Assembly: GCA_963832605.1 (NCBI GenBank)
Contig: CAWHUO010000019.1
Span: 38,108-102,107 of the forward strand
Direction of reading: 5' to 3'
DNA from: an uncultured Alphaproteobacteria bacterium
GTDB taxonomy: Bacteria; Pseudomonadota; Alphaproteobacteria; Rhizobiales; Xanthobacteraceae
DNA: 64,000 bases
The notes beneath the pieces were generated by a model. That model saw only the letters and a list, made by a program, of their open reading frames with translations. It ran no database searches and was not told where the DNA came from. The position numbers and the translations under genes were made by a program. Position 1 is the stretch's first letter. Each line of letters opens with the position of its first letter. Below are positions 60,511-64,000 of this stretch, piece after piece.

Positions 60511-62136
60511 GTGCAAATCTGGTTGGGGCAGTTCGGGCGGCGCCAGGGCCGGCAGGTCGGTGCGCGCCAGGTCAGGAGTTTGGCCGGTTTCGGCGTTTTC
60601 CGGCCGAAAGCAGTCGGCGTCGCGCTGTCGATCGGAACATTGGCGGCCTGCGCCGTCGGTCCCGACTTTAAGCCGCCGCCGGCACCGCCGGTCGGCGGCT
60701 ACACGCCCGATACGCCGCCCGCGACCACGACGACAGCCGACGTCGCCGGCGGGGCGGCGCAAGCGTTCGCCATGGGCCGCGACATTCCGGCCGAGTGGTG
60801 GAAAGTGTTCCATTCGAAGGAGATCGACGCACTGGTTGCCGAAGCGCTTCGCGCCAATCCGAACCTGCAGGCCGCGCAGGCCGCTCTGTGGCAGGCCAAG
60901 GAGAACCTCTATGCCTCCGCCGGTGCGCTGTTGCCGAGCGTAGACGGCGCCGCCAACGTCACGCGCCAACAGTTCTCGCCGGCGGAATTCGGCCTGTCCG
61001 GTCCGGCGGAGATCTTTAATTTGTACCAGGCGACCGTCAACGTCTCCTATACGCCGGATGTGTTCGGCGGCCAGCGGCGGCAGATCGAGGCCAATGCCGC
61101 AGTTGCAGAATATCAGCGCTTCGAGCTCGAAGCGACGTTTCTCACGCTCACCGCGAACGTGGTGACAGCCGCTGTCCAGGAAGCCTCGCTGCGCGGGCAA
61201 ATCGAAGCGACGGAAGAGATCATCAAAGCGGAAAGCGACCAGCTTGTGGTCGTGCGCAATCAATTCGACGCCGGCGCCGCCACCCGCGCCGATGTGCTGC
61301 AGCAGGAATCAGAAGTGGCGACGACAGAGGCCACCTTGCCGCCGTTGCAGAAGCAGCTCGAGCAGCAGCATCATGTGCTGCTGGCGTTGATCGGCCACTT
61401 TCCGAACCAGACAGTGCGCGAGCATCTGACGCTGGCATCGTTTCGCCTGCCGACGAGGCTTCCGGTCAGCGTGCCTTCACAGCTTGTCGAGCAACGGCCC
61501 GATGTGCGCGCGGCGCAAGCGCAGTTGCATCAGGCCAGCGCCTTGATCGGCGTCGCCTTTGCCAACAGGCTGCCGCAATTAAGCCTCACCGCACAATACG
61601 GCACGCTTGGCTTGACGCCGGCCGCGTTGTTCACGCCGGCCTCGACGATCTGGAGCCTCGGGGCGGGTGTCACGCAACCGATCTTCCACGGTTTTACTCT
61701 TCTGCACCAGGAGCGCGCGGCCAGAGCCGCCTATGAGATGGCCGACGCGCAATATCGCAACACCGTGCTGACCGCTTTCCAGAACGTCGCCGATGTCCTG
61801 CGGGCGCTGCAACTGGACGCCGCTACGCTCAAGGCCCAGCAGCGCGCCGTTCACGCCGCATCCGACACGTTCGATCTGACGCGCGGCCAGTACCGCCTCG
61901 GCGCCATCACTTACGTGGTCTTGCTCAACGCGGAACGCAGCTATCAGCAGGCGCGGCTCGCGTTGGTGCAGGCGCAGGCGGCGCGCTATGCCGACACCGC
62001 CGCCTTGTTCCAGGCGCTCGGCGGCGGCTGGTGGAACCGCCTCGACGTGATACCCGATCCCTTGAGCCCGGAGCCGCAACTCGTCCATGCCGCGAGCGAC
62101 ACGCCGCCGCCGGTGAAACTGGAGTCTACAAGATGA
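60511..62136 (+). CDS. RND efflux outer membrane factor lipoprotein (NodT family)
   Basis: Lipobox TLAAC followed by VGPDFKPP. Two OEP repeats. The true start is probably an internal TTG/GTG around 60575-60590. The stop overlaps the adaptor start (ATGA at 62133). Confidence 0.85.
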   Translation: MQIWLGQFGRRQGRQVGARQVRSLAGFGVFRPKAVGVALSIGTLAACAVGPDFKPPPAPPVGGYTPDTPPATTTTADVAGGAAQAFAMGRDIPAEWWKVFHSKEIDALVAEALRANPNLQAAQAALWQAKENLYASAGALLPSVDGAANVTRQQFSPAEFGLSGPAEIFNLYQATVNVSYTPDVFGGQRRQIEANAAVAEYQRFELEATFLTLTANVVTAAVQEASLRGQIEATEEIIKAESDQLVVVRNQFDAGAATRADVLQQESEVATTEATLPPLQKQLEQQHHVLLALIGHFPNQTVREHLTLASFRLPTRLPVSVPSQLVEQRPDVRAAQAQLHQASALIGVAFANRLPQLSLTAQYGTLGLTPAALFTPASTIWSLGAGVTQPIFHGFTLLHQERAARAAYEMADAQYRNTVLTAFQNVADVLRALQLDAATLKAQQRAVHAASDTFDLTRGQYRLGAITYVVLLNAERSYQQARLALVQAQAARYADTAALFQALGGGWWNRLDVIPDPLSPEPQLVHAASDTPPPVKLESTR

Positions 62137-63267
62137 TCAAACGCATGGTGATCATGCTCGTGGCGGTCGCCATCGTATTCGGTGGGATCTTCGGATTTCA
62201 GATCTTCAAAGCCGCGATGATCAAAAAATTCATCACGGCGTTGAGCAACCCGCCGCAGACGATCTCGGCCGCCAAGGCAAGTACCAGCGAATGGCAGCCG
62301 AAGGTCGAAGCGATCGGCAGCTTGCGCGCCGTAAAAGGCGCCGATCTGTCGCTGGAGGTCTCCGGCGTCGTCAAATCGATCTCGTTCAATTCCGGCGACG
62401 ATGTCGAGGAGGGCGCGCCGCTGCTCAAGCTGCGCACGGCCGACGACGTCGCCCGGCTTGCAGTCGCTGCAGGCGATGGCGGCGCTGAGCGATATCACCT
62501 ACGAGCGCGACCAAAAGCAATTCAAGATGCAGGCTGTCAGCCAGGCGACCTTGGACACTGACGCGGCCAATCTGAAAAATGCGCAGGCGCAAGTCGCCCA
62601 GCAAAAAGCCATCATCGAGAAGAAATTCCTGCGTGCACCTTTTGCCGGCCATCTCGGCATTCGCGCCGTTGATCTCGGACAGTATCTCGGGCCCGGCACG
62701 GTGATCGTGACGCTGCAGGCGCTCGATCCGATCTTCGTCGATTTCTTTGTGCCGCAGCAGTCGGTCGATCAGATCCGGTTGGGACAGGCGGTCACTGTGA
62801 AAGTCGATGCGTTCAAGGAGAAAACCTTCATCGGCGAGATAGCGGCGATCAATCCGAAGGTTGATACCGGCAGCCGCAACATTCAGATCCGTGCGACCTT
62901 GAAAAATCCGGACCACAAACTGTTGCCGGGCATGTATGCAACCGTCGACATCACCACCGGCTCGCCCAGCAATTACGTAACGCTGCCGCAAACGGCGATC
63001 ACCTACAACCCGTACGGCGACACGGTCTACGTCGTCGTCGACGGCAAGGAGCACAACGCCGACGGCAAACCGCAATTGATCGCGCGGCAGACGTTCGTGG
63101 CCGTGGGCCCGACGCGCGGCGATCAGGTCGCCGTGCTCAAAGGTATCGAGGACGGCGATATGGTCGTGACTGGCGGCCAGATCAAGCTGCACAACGGATC
63201 GGTGGTCTTGATCGACAACTCGATCACGCCGACGGCGGACGCCGCGCCCGTTCCGATCGACCGCTGA
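62133..63267 (+). pseudogene. RND efflux periplasmic adaptor subunit, one frameshift near 62458
   Basis: The N-terminus MIKRMVIMLVAVAIVFGG...LLKLRTADDVARL lies in ORF 62031..62561. It continues as QSLQAMAALSDITYERDQKQF... in ORF 62401..63267. Confidence 0.85.
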
Positions 63268-63279
63268 CGGGCCGCCGCG

Positions 63280-64000
63280 ATGAATTTCACCGATATCTTC
63301 ATTCGCCGTCCGGTACTGGCCTCAGTTATAAGCCTGTTTATCCTGGTTGTCGGTGTGCGTGCCTATTACGCGCTGCCGGTGCTGCAATATCCGCGCACCG
63401 AGAACGCGGTGGTGACGGTGACGACGACCTATTACGGCGCCGATCCAGACGTGGTCGCCGGCTTTATCACGACGCCGCTCGAAATCGCCATCGCCCAGGC
63501 CTACGGCATCGACTACATGACGTCGACCAGCCAGAGCAGCACGAGCACGATCACCATCTATCTGCGGCTCAATTACGATCCCGACAAGGCGCTGACCGAG
63601 ATCAACACCAAGATCGCTTCCGTCCTCAATCAGTTGCCGACCGGTACGCAGCAGCCGGTGCTTACCGTCAAGATCGGCCAGACCATCGATGCCATGTATC
63701 TTGGCTTCGACAGCGATACGTTGGCGCCGAACCAGATTACCGACTACCTCACGCGCGTCGTGCAGCCTAAGCTGCAGACCATACCCGGCGTACAGACCGC
63801 GGAACTGCTCGGGCAAAAGGTGTTCGCGCTGCGGGCATGGCTCGACCCGCAAAAGCTCGCGGCATTCGGGCTGACGGCGACCGATGTCAGTCAAGCGCTT
63901 GCGGCAAACGACTTCATATCCGGCATTGGCACGACCAAAGGCCAGATGGTGCAGGTTAACCTCACCGCCTCTACTGGTCTGCACTCGGCGAGCGAGTTCC
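63280..64000 (+). CDS. RND efflux permease (AcrB-like), partial, runs off the window
   Basis: My translation from ATG 63280 gives MNFTDIFIRRPVLASVISLFILVVGVRAYYALPVLQYPRTENAVVTVTTTYYGADPDVV... It is open to the window end, and so is absent from the ORF track. Confidence 0.9.
   Translation, partial: MNFTDIFIRRPVLASVISLFILVVGVRAYYALPVLQYPRTENAVVTVTTTYYGADPDVVAGFITTPLEIAIAQAYGIDYMTSTSQSSTSTITIYLRLNYDPDKALTEINTKIASVLNQLPTGTQQPVLTVKIGQTIDAMYLGFDSDTLAPNQITDYLTRVVQPKLQTIPGVQTAELLGQKVFALRAWLDPQKLAAFGLTATDVSQALAANDFISGIGTTKGQMVQVNLTASTGLHSASEF

Noticed and set aside
1537-63984. Many long antisense or out-of-frame ORFs (e.g. 1537..2829-, 3292..4410-, 5149..6153-, 9260..10144-, 18256..19167-, 20490..21722+, 21298..23070+, 24905..25945-, 43611..44330-, 47299..48213+, 54331..55215-, 62425..63192-, 63322..63984-)
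   Set aside because: These are typical high-GC shadow ORFs. They are Arg/Gly/His/Asp-rich low-complexity translations. Each fully overlaps a gene with clear family motifs on the other strand or frame.
1-64000. Mobile elements, integrases, tRNA or rRNA genes
   Set aside because: No transposase or integrase-like ORF, terminal inverted repeats, or tRNA-like T-loop/acceptor structures were recognised in any intergenic region I read. A tRNAscan or ISfinder search could still find something I missed.

Overview
High-GC (about 65%) alphaproteobacterial chromosome segment. Gene content and order look Hyphomicrobiales/Bradyrhizobiaceae-like, judged only by reading the translated ORFs. The content is mostly housekeeping and envelope functions.

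Left to right:
- An HtrA-type protease.
- A decayed RND efflux operon.
- A low-GC HD-GYP gene.
- A split ThDP decarboxylase followed by two c-type cytochromes.
- thiM-thiE and thiD, separated by a Gly/His-repeat secreted protein.
- Assorted enzymes.
- The conserved ffs-dnaX-ybaB-recR block.
- nudC.
- A complete Flp/Tad pilus locus (flp, cpaA-F, tadB, tadC, TPR lipoprotein).
- An orphan phoU and a SemiSWEET.
- A six-gene hyf-like membrane complex headed by an XRE regulator.
- A sharply AT-rich island.
- cheW plus a triple-PAS chemoreceptor.
- ettA, a DEAD-box helicase and infA.
- A run of small conserved ORFs.
- A TetR-controlled second RND efflux operon that runs off the right edge.

Most interesting: the hyf-like cluster (41159-48580). 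Its large-subunit homologue lacks all four Ni-Fe cysteine ligands, while the small subunit keeps its 4Fe-4S cysteines. That fits an 'energy-converting hydrogenase-related' complex of unknown function rather than a hydrogenase.

Major caveat: about 30 single-base frame disruptions are visible across the window, in essential genes too. Consensus indel error is therefore at least as likely as true pseudogenisation. All calls on disrupted genes are reconstructions across frames.

No CRISPR array, transposase, integrase, rRNA or tRNA was recognised.
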